Below are positions 20,859 to 30,414 of a stretch of DNA of 64,000 nt, one piece after another. How positions within the stretch are numbered: position 1 is the stretch's first letter; every line of letters begins with the position of its first letter. The stretch lies in assembly GCA_963695555.1 (NCBI GenBank), contig CAVOGR010000001.1, positions 64,001-128,000 of the forward strand, given 5' to 3'. The notes under the pieces are model-generated. The model was given only the letters and a program-made list of their open reading frames with translations, was not told the DNA's origin and ran no database searches. Position numbers and translations under genes: made by a program. This DNA is from an uncultured Gemmatimonadales bacterium (lineage in GTDB: Bacteria > Gemmatimonadota > Gemmatimonadetes > Gemmatimonadales > GWC2-71-9).

Positions 20859-21420
20859 CACGCGGTATCCGCACGTCCTCGGCATCGACGACGCCCCGTT
20901 CGACAAGCGCCAATCTGGGCCGGTTCCCATTGTCGGCGTGATGATGGAAGGCGCGACTGTGGTGGAAAGCGTCGTTATCGGGGCATTCCCGGTAGATGGG
21001 AGTGATGCGACCGCTTACCTTTCTCGATGGATCGTGGGGTTGAGGTTCTTCCGGGCGGTGCAGGCGGTCATTCTGGGCGGGGTTACCATCGCAGGGCTCG
21101 GGGTCGTTGATGTGGACCTGCTGTCCCGCGAACTCGAGCGCCCGGTACTCGTGGTGACGCGCCGCAATCCCTCCGGTTCCGACCTCGAGCGTGCCCTGCG
21201 GGCCGCCGGCTTGACCGACCGAGTCCCGATTCTCCTTCGCTGCCCGGCTGCGGCGCCCGTGTCCGAGGGCCTCTTCTTGGCGCATGCCGGGGTTACGCCT
21301 GAGGAGGCCAGACACCTCGTCGCGGCGACCGTGGGGAAGGCCCACGTTCCCGAGCCGCTCCGGGTCGCACATCTCATTGCCCGCGCCCTGGTCCTGGGCG
21401 AATCGCGCGGCCGGGTCTAG
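20830..21420 (+). CDS. DUF99 family endonuclease V-like protein
   Basis: VLGIDDAPF, VDGSDAT, PVLVVTRRNP and PEPLRVAHLIA; start uncertain. Confidence 0.85.
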   Translation: MKGAGRRSSNTRYPHVLGIDDAPFDKRQSGPVPIVGVMMEGATVVESVVIGAFPVDGSDATAYLSRWIVGLRFFRAVQAVILGGVTIAGLGVVDVDLLSRELERPVLVVTRRNPSGSDLERALRAAGLTDRVPILLRCPAAAPVSEGLFLAHAGVTPEEARHLVAATVGKAHVPEPLRVAHLIARALVLGESRGRV

Positions 21421-21450
21421 GCGCGCTCGACATTCTCAAAGGGCCGACCT

Positions 21451-22845
21451 ATGGCACTGCTCATTCAACACGGCGACATCATCACGGCCTCGGACCGCTA
21501 CCGGGCGGATATCTATTGCGAGGGCGATGTCATCAGTCGGATCGCGCCGGAGATTCCGCGCGCGAGCGTGTCCGGCGAGGTGGAGGTCATCGACGCGACA
21601 GGGCAGTATGTCTTGCCCGGCTTCATCGATCCGCATGTCCACATCCATCTTCCCTTCATGGGAACGCTTGCCAAGGACGATTACGAATCGGCGAGCAAAG
21701 CGGCGCTGGTGGGCGGAACCACGACGCTCATCGAAATGATCTGCCCAGGCCCGACGGACGAGCCCCTCGCCGCTTTCGAAACGTGGAACGCCAAGGCCGC
21801 ACCGCTCGCGGCCGTCGACTACACCTTCCACATGTCAGTCGTCCGGTTCGACAAGGCGGCGCAGGCCCAGTTCCGTGAACTCGTGACCCGGCACGGCATG
21901 CCGTCCTTCAAGGTGTTCTTGGCGTACAAAGGAGCGCTGAATCTGTCCGACGAGGACCTGTTCGGCACCCTGCGGCTTGCGAAAGAACTTGGCGTCATCG
22001 TGACCGCGCACTGCGAAAACGCCGAGGTCATCGATGCCATGCAGCGTGCGCTGGAAGGCGATGGCAAGACCGGTCCTGAGTGGCACTACCAGTCGCGGCC
22101 ACCGATCGTGGAGGCCGAAGGTGTTCATCACTTAGCGACATTCGCCGAGCTCACCGGGGCGCACATCTATACCGTGCATACCTCTTGTGAGGCCGCGGTG
22201 CGATCCGCACTCGACGCGCGCTATCGTGGTGTCAACATATGGATCGAAGCCGTAGTCCCGCATCTCATGCTGGACAAGACCTATGCCGAACGGCCCAACT
22301 TCGAGGGAGCCAAGTACGTGATGTCGCCGCCGCTGCGCGAGCGGCATAATCAAGCTGTGCTCTGGAACGGCCTCCGACAGCGGTTGATCAGCACGGTTGG
22401 GACCGACCACGCCCCATTCGATTTCGTTGGGCAAAAGGACATGGGACGTGAGGCCTTTACCAAGATCCCGAACGGGGTTCCGTCCATCCAAGAGCGGGTC
22501 AATCTGGTTCACACCTATGGCGTCGAAGCAGGTCGCATCGATCTCCCGACCATGGTCGACGCCCTCAGCACGCAGGCGGCGAGGCTATTCGGGATGTATC
22601 CGAAGAAGGGCACCATCGCTGTGGGAAGCGATGCCGACCTCGTGGTGTACGACCCGTCATATCGAGGAGTGTTCTCGCTCGCGTCGAGCCATTCCAAGGT
22701 CGACTATTGCGCTTACGACGGATGGGAGCAGAAAGGGCGCCCCACCATCGTAACCGTCCGAGGCGAAGTGCAGGTGCGGGACGGAGAGTTCGTCGGGCGC
22801 CTTGGCAGGGGCCGGCTCGTTCGCCGGGAGCCAACCCACTTCTAG
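21451..22845 (+). CDS. hydA: Dihydropyrimidinase / D-hydantoinase
   Basis: PGFIDPHVH, SFKVFLAY, AHCEN, YVMSPPLR, GTDHAPF and IPNG. Confidence 0.95.
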   Translation: MALLIQHGDIITASDRYRADIYCEGDVISRIAPEIPRASVSGEVEVIDATGQYVLPGFIDPHVHIHLPFMGTLAKDDYESASKAALVGGTTTLIEMICPGPTDEPLAAFETWNAKAAPLAAVDYTFHMSVVRFDKAAQAQFRELVTRHGMPSFKVFLAYKGALNLSDEDLFGTLRLAKELGVIVTAHCENAEVIDAMQRALEGDGKTGPEWHYQSRPPIVEAEGVHHLATFAELTGAHIYTVHTSCEAAVRSALDARYRGVNIWIEAVVPHLMLDKTYAERPNFEGAKYVMSPPLRERHNQAVLWNGLRQRLISTVGTDHAPFDFVGQKDMGREAFTKIPNGVPSIQERVNLVHTYGVEAGRIDLPTMVDALSTQAARLFGMYPKKGTIAVGSDADLVVYDPSYRGVFSLASSHSKVDYCAYDGWEQKGRPTIVTVRGEVQVRDGEFVGRLGRGRLVRREPTHF

Positions 22846-22858
22846 CGCCGCACGGCGG

Positions 22859-23050
22859 CTAGCAATGGTGGCAGCGGATCTCATCGAAGATGAGATCCGG
22901 ATCGCCGTCGCTCCTGGCATGATCCAATACGATGCGGAGTGCTTTGGCCACATCGGGAAGACCGTATGTCTCCACCATGTCCTCGAGCCATGCCAGCTGA
23001 TCCGGGTTGAGCTCGAAGGCGTGCTCGACCTTGGTACCCCCCATGGTCAT
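22859..23050 (-). CDS. Small ribbon-helix-helix-like protein with terminal CxxC
   Basis: RBS GGGAG; FELNPDQLAWLEDMVETYGLPDVAKALRIVLD...EIRCHHC*. Confidence 0.7.
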   Translation of the reverse strand: MTMGGTKVEHAFELNPDQLAWLEDMVETYGLPDVAKALRIVLDHARSDGDPDLIFDEIRCHHC

Positions 23051-23252
23051 CTCCCGCGTTGTGAGGTCATCGCACCATCGCGTTGAGCCATCTTAGGGTT
23101 GGGCGGGGTCGGGGGCAATAGCCAACGTGGCCGCGCCGGTCTGAAATTTGCCTCCCGTTGCCAGTTCGCCCAATCGTGTCTCCCCGAGGGTTTTTCGTCT
23201 TGCAGTTCGCCGCAATGCCGGAATCCCGCAGGGACCTGAGTGGAGGAGCACC

Positions 23253-24569
23253 ATGTACCGAACGGCCATGCGACAGATTCTCGTGCTCGCCATCGCGGGA
23301 TTCTTTACTGCCTGCGCGAGTGCCGGAAAACGCTTCGAGCAGGGCGCCGAACTCGAGGCCAAGGGGCAATACACCGAAGCAGCGGAGCGCTACATCCAAG
23401 CCCTCCGGAAAGACCGCACCCACTCGGAATCCGCCGACCGCCTGGCGGAGGTAGGCCCCAAGGCGATTGACGAGTACCTGGCGCTGGCCCAGGCCGGGCA
23501 GGCCGCGGGAAGCCAGGTTCGGATGGCCGACCACTATCATGCCATCGATCGGTTGGTGTCCGACGCGGCGGCGGTGGGCGTTCCGCTCACGCTTGCTGAC
23601 GAATACGGGGCCGAACGTCGAGCGGTGATGCGGGCGGCGGTTGACCAACTGGTGAGTGAAGGTCTGGCCGCGGAGGAGCGGCGCCGTTTCTCGGAGGCCA
23701 TCCAGAGCTACGATCGCGCCGATCGGTATGAGCCCAATGGCGAGCAGCGCTCACGGTTGTACGAGGCTCAGGTGCGGGCGACCGTGGATTGGGCGGAGGC
23801 CGATCTTGCGGCCCGTCGCTACCGCTCCGCGCTGGCTCATGCCGACCAAGCGGTGGCCTTATTGGGCGGCCCAGACCGGCCGGAGGCCCGGCGCGCCGTG
23901 AGTCTCCGGGCCGCGGCGTTGGAGCGAGGCACCATCTTCGTCGCCATGGCGCCGCTGTGGCGCTCGGACGGGGCGGCGCAGCTCATGACCGAAGAATTCC
24001 TCGATGCCCTGAACGACGAACTCGAGCTCCGCTACTGGACCGAGCCGCCGCTGTTTGTCGTGTCGGTCGATCCGGTGGAAGTGCGCCGTGAGCTCCGCCG
24101 TCAGCGGTACACCCGGACCGTGCTCACCCCGCGTGAGGCGGCTCGGGTGGGACGCGACCTCGAGGCCAGCTTCTTCGTTACCGGCGAGATCGACATCTTC
24201 ACCCTGACCGAGCGGGACGTCCGCCGCGAAACCCGGAAAGCCCGGACCCGGGCCGGGCGCGACGTTACCTACACCCTCGAGTCCGGCACCATGACCTACC
24301 GGGTGCGGGTTACCTACTTGGTGATGGATGTGCGACGGGGACGGGAAGTGCGGCGAGCGAGTGTCGATGTCTCAGAGTCTGGAGACTTCGAACGCGGAAC
24401 GTACGAGGGGAACGCCGCCGAGCTGGAACTGACCCGGAACGAGAGCCGGTACTTCGATCCCGGCCGCCGGCGCGACGCGGAGCAAGACCTCGAGGAGCGG
24501 GTGGTCCGGAAGCTCTCCGCCCAGCTTGCCGAACAGGTATATCGCGACGTGCTCCGCTTCGTTCCCTAG
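23253..24569 (+). CDS. TPR-containing lipoprotein with C-terminal CsgG/TolB-like alpha/beta domain
   Basis: RBS GGAGGAG; lipobox FTAC; helical repeats; AARVGRDLEASFFVTGEI. Confidence 0.75.
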   Translation: MYRTAMRQILVLAIAGFFTACASAGKRFEQGAELEAKGQYTEAAERYIQALRKDRTHSESADRLAEVGPKAIDEYLALAQAGQAAGSQVRMADHYHAIDRLVSDAAAVGVPLTLADEYGAERRAVMRAAVDQLVSEGLAAEERRRFSEAIQSYDRADRYEPNGEQRSRLYEAQVRATVDWAEADLAARRYRSALAHADQAVALLGGPDRPEARRAVSLRAAALERGTIFVAMAPLWRSDGAAQLMTEEFLDALNDELELRYWTEPPLFVVSVDPVEVRRELRRQRYTRTVLTPREAARVGRDLEASFFVTGEIDIFTLTERDVRRETRKARTRAGRDVTYTLESGTMTYRVRVTYLVMDVRRGREVRRASVDVSESGDFERGTYEGNAAELELTRNESRYFDPGRRRDAEQDLEERVVRKLSAQLAEQVYRDVLRFVP

Positions 24570-24659
24570 CCGCCCGCGGGCAGCACGTCAGCCGTTTCCC
24601 GCTGGCGCGTCGCGGGATGGCGACCTAGATTGAGCGCCTCCTCTTCCTAGCGAGCCGCA

Positions 24660-25091
24660 ATGCGACGCGTGTTCTTCCTGGCCCTTCTGGCAATTGTGGC
24701 CGGCATGCTCTCGACGCCGCTCCACGCCCAGACCCTCGAGGCCGGTACTTGGTTCGGCTCCATGCAGCCGCCGGAAACCCCAGAGCCTTTCAGAATAGGC
24801 TACGAAGTCTCCTACGACGGCGATGTCATGCGTATCGTCGCGCTGGGCGGCGACAACTCCCTCGTCCTCAATGAGGCCCGTTTCGAAAACGGCAATCTCG
24901 TCTACTGGTTTCAACCGGGTCCCCGTGTGGATTGCGTCCTCGAGCCGGATGGGAAGGACACCTATGCCGGCGACTGCTCCGACACGGACGGCGCCACCGG
25001 CCAAATGATGATCACGCGCGAGGAAAGCAGAGTTGCCGGCCTGAAGTCGGTCGAGGAGATGGAGGGTGGGGGCGGCGGTGCGAACCACTAA
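24660..25091 (+). CDS. Hypothetical secreted beta-rich protein
   Basis: Signal peptide ending LHA-Q; GTWFG; two Cys. Confidence 0.75.
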   Translation: MRRVFFLALLAIVAGMLSTPLHAQTLEAGTWFGSMQPPETPEPFRIGYEVSYDGDVMRIVALGGDNSLVLNEARFENGNLVYWFQPGPRVDCVLEPDGKDTYAGDCSDTDGATGQMMITREESRVAGLKSVEEMEGGGGGANH

Positions 25092-25120
25092 TCGCGAGAC
25101 CTCCGACTGATGTGCGCCAC

Positions 25121-25183
25121 GGCGGCGGGAGAGCGGTCCCCGCCGCCTTTGCCTTCCGCTCGAGCGGTGCGCGAGCGGAAGGC
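25121..25183 (+). terminator. Tandem hairpins downstream of 24660..25091
   Basis: GGCGGCGGG/CCCGCCGCC followed by TTT, then GCCTTCCGCTCG/CGAGCGGAAGGC. Confidence 0.55.
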
Positions 25184-25238
25184 GCGCTCTCGGCTCGTCA
25201 CCCCTTGGTGCTGAAGACCACGTGATACCAAATGACCC

Positions 25239-26783
25239 GTGACCACTGACACGACCCCTCTCTCTACTCCCCCGCATATTCAGTTTGTGAGCGGCGGGCC
25301 CAGCTCCTACGGAATCCCACAGGATCTGATCGCACGCGCATCATATCGGTTGGGAGTGGCGGCGCTCATTTACTCGCTGGTCTATTTCTTGGCCTACGGC
25401 TTGGCCCGGATGACCCAGAACATGCCCGGCATGGGCATGCCCAATGACCTCCTCGCCGGCACGTTCATTGTGCTTGGGCTCCTCATGTTTCTGGTCGTGC
25501 GGAGCGGGCGGATCGACAATCGTATCCTGCTCGACCTCGGCCTGATCTTCCAGGTCCTGGGGGCGGCGGGCATCGAAGTCAGCGTGCTGTTCGTGCCGGA
25601 CATGGACTTCAGCTACGTTGGCCTCTCGTGGACCTGCGTCTGGATTGTGGTCTTCCCGCTGCTGGTGCCCGCCACCATGGGGAAGGCGTTTCTCGCCGCG
25701 GTTGCGTCGGCCTCCATGCTGCCGCTTGCACTCCTGCTCCGGTCGGCCCGTGGGCTCACGTTCCCGGGCGCCGAGCACCTGGTGCAGATGGTGGCGCCGG
25801 GATTCATCTGTGTCGGGATCGCGATGGTGGGACTCCGCGTCATCACCAATCTCGGCAAGGACGTGAGCAAGGCGCGCAGTCTGGGGAGTTATCACCTGGT
25901 GGAGCGGCTGGGACAGGGCGGGATGGGTGAGGTGTGGCGCGCGGACCACCGGCTCCTGGCGCGGACGGCGGCGGTCAAGTTCATCAGACCCGAAGCGTTC
26001 GGCGCGCTGGACGCGGCCGGCAAGGAACAGCTGCTCCGTCGCTTCGAGCGCGAGGCCCGGGCGACTGCCCAGCTGACCTCTCCCAGCACAATCGCCCTCC
26101 ATGACTTCGGCGTGAGTGACGAGGGCGTGTTCTACTATGTGATGGAGCTCCTTCGGGGCCTCGACCTGCAAACGCTGGTCCACCGGTTTGGCCCGGTCCC
26201 GGCGGCCCGCGCCGTCCACTTCCTCGTTCAGATTTGCGATTCCCTGGCGGAGGCCCACGCGACCGGGCTGGTGCACCGTGATATCAAGCCGGCCAACATC
26301 TTTGCCTGCCGCCTCGGCGTGGAGTACGACCGGATCAAGGTGCTGGACTTCGGCCTCGTCAAATCGCGCGAATCATCGGGCCTCACCACCCAGGCCTCGC
26401 CCGCCGGCACACCGGCCTTCATGGCGCCGGAAATGGTAATGGGCGAGCCAAGCATCGACGGCCGGGCCGATCTCTACGCGGTCGGGTGTTTGGCATATTG
26501 GCTGTTGAGCGGAGAGCTGGTGTTCTCGCGCTCGAATGTGGTGCAGCTCGCCTTCGACCACGTGCATGCCGCCCCGCGGCCGCTCTCGGAGCGCACCGAA
26601 CTTACGGTACCCGAGGGGCTGGAAGCCGCCATCATGGCCTGCCTGGAAAAAGACCCCGCGAACCGGCCCCAGACCGCGGGTCAGCTGCGGGATCTCCTCG
26701 AACGCGGGGCTGGTGAGTTGCCTTGGAGCCGTGCCGATGCGCGGCAATGGTGGACCACGCATCTGCCGGAATTGGCCCAGTAA
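25239..26783 (+). CDS. Membrane-embedded Ser/Thr protein kinase (multi-TM N-terminus)
   Basis: About 6 hydrophobic helices, then LGQGGMG, AAVK, HRDIKPAN, DFG and GTPAFMAPE. Confidence 0.92.
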   Translation: MTTDTTPLSTPPHIQFVSGGPSSYGIPQDLIARASYRLGVAALIYSLVYFLAYGLARMTQNMPGMGMPNDLLAGTFIVLGLLMFLVVRSGRIDNRILLDLGLIFQVLGAAGIEVSVLFVPDMDFSYVGLSWTCVWIVVFPLLVPATMGKAFLAAVASASMLPLALLLRSARGLTFPGAEHLVQMVAPGFICVGIAMVGLRVITNLGKDVSKARSLGSYHLVERLGQGGMGEVWRADHRLLARTAAVKFIRPEAFGALDAAGKEQLLRRFEREARATAQLTSPSTIALHDFGVSDEGVFYYVMELLRGLDLQTLVHRFGPVPAARAVHFLVQICDSLAEAHATGLVHRDIKPANIFACRLGVEYDRIKVLDFGLVKSRESSGLTTQASPAGTPAFMAPEMVMGEPSIDGRADLYAVGCLAYWLLSGELVFSRSNVVQLAFDHVHAAPRPLSERTELTVPEGLEAAIMACLEKDPANRPQTAGQLRDLLERGAGELPWSRADARQWWTTHLPELAQ

Positions 26784-26792
26784 GACCCTAGC

Positions 26793-27362
26793 CTATGAGG
26801 CGAGGGTCTCTTCCATCTCCTTCAGGGCACGCCGTAGGATCTCGACGACTTTTTGGGTCCGCTCATCGTCCGACCCCGTCTTCCAGGCCTGCTTGTAGGC
26901 CATGCCGGCCATTCGGGCAAACGCCTCGTTCAAGTCGGCCATGGAACCGCCGGCCAGGTCGCGCACCACGTCGCGCACCCGGTCGATGATGTCGTCGAGC
27001 ACATCGCGATGCTCCTCGAGGAATGCCTCACCCTCGGGGGTGATGTGATACACCTTCTTGCCCTCTTCTTCGACGATGCGCACGTAGCCCTGATCTTCGA
27101 GTAGTTGGAGGGTTGGGTAGACCGTTCCGGCGGAGGGACTGTACCAGCCGCCAAATTTTTCCTCCAACGCCTTGATGACTTCGTAGCCGTGGCGCGGCTT
27201 CTCCTTCACCAGGCGCAGGATCACGTACTTCATTTCGCCCGATTCGAACATCTGCTGGCGGCGCCGGCTCCGCCCGCGGGGGGCGCTACCGCAAAAGGCC
27301 CAGGCCCGGGGGCCGAACCCGGCGGTGAAGAATTCACCGCAATCCCAGCTATCGCGTGACAT
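26793..27362 (-). CDS. PadR-family transcriptional regulator (YqjI-like)
   Basis: PRHGYEVIK...YSPSAGTVYPTLQLLED...KKVYHITPEG; RBS GGAGG. Confidence 0.92.
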   Translation of the reverse strand: MSRDSWDCGEFFTAGFGPRAWAFCGSAPRGRSRRRQQMFESGEMKYVILRLVKEKPRHGYEVIKALEEKFGGWYSPSAGTVYPTLQLLEDQGYVRIVEEEGKKVYHITPEGEAFLEEHRDVLDDIIDRVRDVVRDLAGGSMADLNEAFARMAGMAYKQAWKTGSDDERTQKVVEILRRALKEMEETLAS

Positions 27363-27381
27363 AGGCCCTCCAAAATGCGAC

Positions 27382-27435
27382 ATATCGTACATTATATCGT
27401 ACGATATATCTTATACTGTTCGGGGCAGGAGTCAA
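27382..27435 (-). promoter_or_regulatory. PadR promoter and palindromic operator
   Basis: Minus strand TTGACT-N16-TAAGAT; perfect palindrome TATATCGTACGATATA at 27393-27408 plus a half-site ATATCGTAC. Confidence 0.7.
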
Positions 27436-27478
27436 GCGCTGTCTCGCATCCTCCCGGTGCCCGGGCTACCATCCAACC

Positions 27479-30391
27479 ATGACCCCGGATACACCCTCCG
27501 ACGCACAGCGACGGGCCATCGAGGCCGGCCTGGGGCCGGTCCTCGTCGTGGCCGGCCCCGGCGCGGGCAAGACCTATTGCCTGATCGGACGGGTCCAGCA
27601 CCTCATCAGCGAGCTGGGCTTCCTCCCCGAGCGAATCTGTGCCGTCACCTTCACCAATAAGGCCGCCGAAGAGATCACGGCCCGGCTCCACCGAACCTTG
27701 GGCGATGCCGGCAACGATCTGACCCGAGGGACGTTGCACGCCCTCTGCCTCGGCATCCTGCGCGAACACGGCGAGCGTATCGGCATCCGGCCCGGCTTCG
27801 GCATTGCGGATGAATCGTACCAGCACTTGGTGCTGCGCCGCCTAGGTGTCAACCGGCGCCGGTTGAGCCAGCTCATCACGCTGTTCGGGCGCCGGCGGCT
27901 GCAACACTACACGCTGAGCGATGGAGACCAGGCCCTGCTGGACCGGTACCTCGCCGAGCTGCGCCGGAAGAACATGGTCGACTTCGACGACCTGATCGCG
28001 CTCACCTATAATCTGTTCGAGCAGGAACCTCGAGTGGCCGATCTGGTGAGCCACCGCTGGGATTATCTGCTGGTGGATGAGTTCCAGGATCTCAATATCA
28101 CCCAGTACGCCATTTTGAAGCGCCTGGCGGCCCGCCATGGCAACTTCTTCGCCGTCGGCGACGAAGAGCAGTCGATCTTTTCCTGGACCGGAGCCGACCC
28201 GGAGGTCTTGGTCACGTTCCGGACGGAACTCGGCGTCGATCCCATCATCCTGAACGAGAACCGCCGATGCTCCCGACAAATTCTCGATGCGGCCCGGCGA
28301 TTGCTCGCGAGCAATCCGGTCCTGTTCGAGAAGCAGATCACCGCGAAGCGAGAGTCGGAGTTTCCCGTCTCCTGTTTCTCATTTGCGGAGGAAGATGCCG
28401 AATCGGCCTGGGTGCTGCACGACCTCGTTGCCGACCACACCGTGAGCGGCAAGCCGTGGGGTGAATACGCCATTCTGTATCGCCAGCATCGCGTCGGGGA
28501 GTTCCTCGAACGGCAGCTGATCGGCAACAACATCCCTTGCCGCCTTCCCAAAGGCCGGGCCCTGATGGACGACCCGGTCATCAAGTACGTCATTGCGTCC
28601 GCGCGACTCATGAGCCTGCCGGACGACGATCCGATCGCGCTCGAAGCCTTTGCCGAGTTGGTACTCCCGCGGCACCAGCTCGAGCAAGTGCGCGCGCTCC
28701 CCGCACCCGAGCCCGATACGCTGCTCGCACGCCTGCGCCAGTTCGCGACGCAGCAACCCAAGAGCCACCCCGACACCAAAAAGGCCTGGCGCTTCATCTT
28801 CCACGTCGAGAACCTGAAGGCCCTGTTCCACTCACAGGACTCGCTGGGCGGCTTGGTCGAGGAGCTCCTGTCGCAGCGGGTGGGCGGCTACCGCAATCCG
28901 CTCGAGGAGCGCGCCGAGGAGCTGACCGATCCCGCCGAGTATCCGGGAGCGGTCGAGTTGGGGCAGCGCCTGCGGCAGACGATGGCGCGAAACGCCCGGG
29001 TGTGGCTCGAACCGGCCGGCGGGCTCGAGGTGGCGCTCCGCGGCATGCTACTCGGCGCGGGTGGCATGCGGTCCGTGGCCTATCTGGAGCCGGGCGATAA
29101 GCCGAGGGACGAGGATCTGGTCGTTCGGCTGTCCGAGGGCGCCGGTGCGGACGTGGCGGTCAGGCTGTTCAAGGCGCTCCAGTGGAATCATGCCGCCGAT
29201 TTCGGGGACATGTTCGAAGACTTCGTGACCTTCGACCTCGAAACGACCGACCGCGATCCTGACGTGTGTGACGTGGTTGAGCTGGGGGCGGTCAAGGTCG
29301 TTGGCGGGCGCATCGTCGATCGATTCCACTCCCTCGTACACCCCAGTCGCCCGATCTCGACCGGTGCTCGGCAGGTACACGGGTACAGCGATGCCGATCT
29401 GGCCGGGCAGCCATCGTTCGCGGAACTCTGGCCTCGCTTCCGGGCCTTCGTGGGCAACCACGTCCTGGTGGCGCACAACGCGCAAGGGTTCGACGTGCCG
29501 GTGCTCCGTCGCGAAGCAGAGCGGCTCCCGGGGCTCGAGACATTGGTGTTCTTCGACACCCTGCCCCTGGCGCGTTCGCTCTACCGGGAGAGCGCAAGGC
29601 TCGCAGACCTGGCAACCCGATTCGGGATCACGACCGGCCGGAGCCATCACGCGTTGGATGACGCGGAAACGCTGGTACGGGTGTTTCAGTCGTTGAGTGC
29701 CGCCCGCGTGGGCCGGGCGCGGAAGTCCGCGCTGGTCAACGTGCTCGACTTCCTGGGCTTGGCGCTGGCCGTCTCCGGCCCAGGTGAGCAGTCCGAAGAG
29801 GCTCGGCTCCTGCTCGAGGTCGCTCGCCCGTACACGCTGGGCCGGTTCAGCGATTGCCTCGATTTCTACCAGACCGAGTCGCTGGTGTCGGGTCGAAGTG
29901 GGCCGGACTTGACGGAGGTCATTCGGCGGCTGGGCGGCCAGGAGCTGATGGAACGCATCCGGGCCCAGCGGGCGGCCGCCGAGCGGTATCCTGCCGCAGT
30001 CGCCCGGCTCCAATCACTGGTGGAGTCGAGCCAGGCGCCCACCCTGGCGGAGAGTATTCAACTCTTGCTCGAACGCGTCGCCCTCTCGTCGTCCGAAGGC
30101 ATCGAGGCCGACCCCAACCGGGTAAACCTCCTGACCCTCCATTCGACCAAGGGTCTCGAGTTCTCTCGGGTGTACATCGTAGGGGTGGAGGACTATCAGA
30201 TTCCCGGGTACTACGCCACCGTAGACCACCGAGAGGACGAGATCCAGGAAGCCAGGCGGCTGCTCTACGTCGGCATGACCCGGGCCCGCGACCGGCTAGT
30301 GCTGAGCCACGCAGCCAGCCGCTTCGGAAAGCCGTCGGGCGGCACACAGCTGCTCGACGAAATCGGGCTCGGCACCCCCACCCCCGCCTAA
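27479..30391 (+). CDS. UvrD/PcrA-family helicase with inserted DnaQ-like DEDDh 3'-5' exonuclease
   Basis: GPGAGKT, TFTNKAA, DEFQD, VGDEEQSI; FDLETT, HNAQGFD, HHALDDA; TLHSTKGLEF and RRLLYVGMTRA. Confidence 0.93.
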   Translation: MTPDTPSDAQRRAIEAGLGPVLVVAGPGAGKTYCLIGRVQHLISELGFLPERICAVTFTNKAAEEITARLHRTLGDAGNDLTRGTLHALCLGILREHGERIGIRPGFGIADESYQHLVLRRLGVNRRRLSQLITLFGRRRLQHYTLSDGDQALLDRYLAELRRKNMVDFDDLIALTYNLFEQEPRVADLVSHRWDYLLVDEFQDLNITQYAILKRLAARHGNFFAVGDEEQSIFSWTGADPEVLVTFRTELGVDPIILNENRRCSRQILDAARRLLASNPVLFEKQITAKRESEFPVSCFSFAEEDAESAWVLHDLVADHTVSGKPWGEYAILYRQHRVGEFLERQLIGNNIPCRLPKGRALMDDPVIKYVIASARLMSLPDDDPIALEAFAELVLPRHQLEQVRALPAPEPDTLLARLRQFATQQPKSHPDTKKAWRFIFHVENLKALFHSQDSLGGLVEELLSQRVGGYRNPLEERAEELTDPAEYPGAVELGQRLRQTMARNARVWLEPAGGLEVALRGMLLGAGGMRSVAYLEPGDKPRDEDLVVRLSEGAGADVAVRLFKALQWNHAADFGDMFEDFVTFDLETTDRDPDVCDVVELGAVKVVGGRIVDRFHSLVHPSRPISTGARQVHGYSDADLAGQPSFAELWPRFRAFVGNHVLVAHNAQGFDVPVLRREAERLPGLETLVFFDTLPLARSLYRESARLADLATRFGITTGRSHHALDDAETLVRVFQSLSAARVGRARKSALVNVLDFLGLALAVSGPGEQSEEARLLLEVARPYTLGRFSDCLDFYQTESLVSGRSGPDLTEVIRRLGGQELMERIRAQRAAAERYPAAVARLQSLVESSQAPTLAESIQLLLERVALSSSEGIEADPNRVNLLTLHSTKGLEFSRVYIVGVEDYQIPGYYATVDHREDEIQEARRLLYVGMTRARDRLVLSHAASRFGKPSGGTQLLDEIGLGTPTPA

Positions 30392-30396
30392 CACCG

Positions 30397-30414
30397 CCCA
30401 CTCCCTACTCCCTG
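30397..30414. repeat. Second copy of the heptamer repeat element
   Basis: CCCACTCCCTACTCCCTG, identical to 3084-3101. Confidence 0.75.
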
